This document shows, in pieces, positions 36,177-36,191 of a stretch of 36,191 nucleotides of DNA. A model generated the notes under the pieces. That model saw only the letters and a list, made by a program, of their open reading frames with translations, was not told where the DNA came from and did not search any database. Where the stretch lies: the NCBI GenBank assembly GCA_043803765.1, contig JAZDJQ010000009.1, forward strand, positions 1 to 36,191, given 5' to 3'. The DNA is from Candidatus Iainarchaeum sp. Its GTDB lineage: Archaea > Iainarchaeota > Iainarchaeia > Iainarchaeales > VGJJ01. Every line of letters starts with the position of its first letter. Position 1 is the first letter of the stretch. A program made the position numbers and the translations under genes.

Positions 36177-36191
36177 CTCCTATTACACAAC

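Noticed and set aside
1-36191. CRISPR array, rRNA, intact transposase, reverse transcriptase
   Set aside because: No regularly spaced repeats or diagnostic motifs were seen.

Overview
Gene-dense archaeal chromosome segment. Evidence: Rpo6, eS17, aEF-1beta, class I CCA enzyme, Pth2, pelota, ABCE1, RFC-S, Elp3, NurA/HerA/Rad50, and TATA boxes about 25 nt before start codons. Compactness and a bacterial-type ThrRS suggest a DPANN lineage (inference only). Most genes are housekeeping, plus tRNA-Arg(TCG), tRNA-Val(TAC), a LAGLIDADG intein in RFC-S, two small toxin-antitoxin islets and an orphan DNA methyltransferase. The most unusual items are: (1) an apparently catalytically dead, truncated family-B DNA polymerase derivative with a GINS B-domain-like insertion, directly after herA; (2) a bacterial sigma-70-like protein (degenerate region 2, clear region 4) behind an archaeal promoter, split across a +1 frame junction; (3) a candidate ~55-nt small RNA with TATA box, U-tract and a tRNA-like 3' end; (4) a duplicated tRNA 5' end with a hairpin-rich spacer before tRNA-Arg; (5) several orphans with Arg/Lys-rich termini. 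All calls come from reading motifs by eye; no searches were run.
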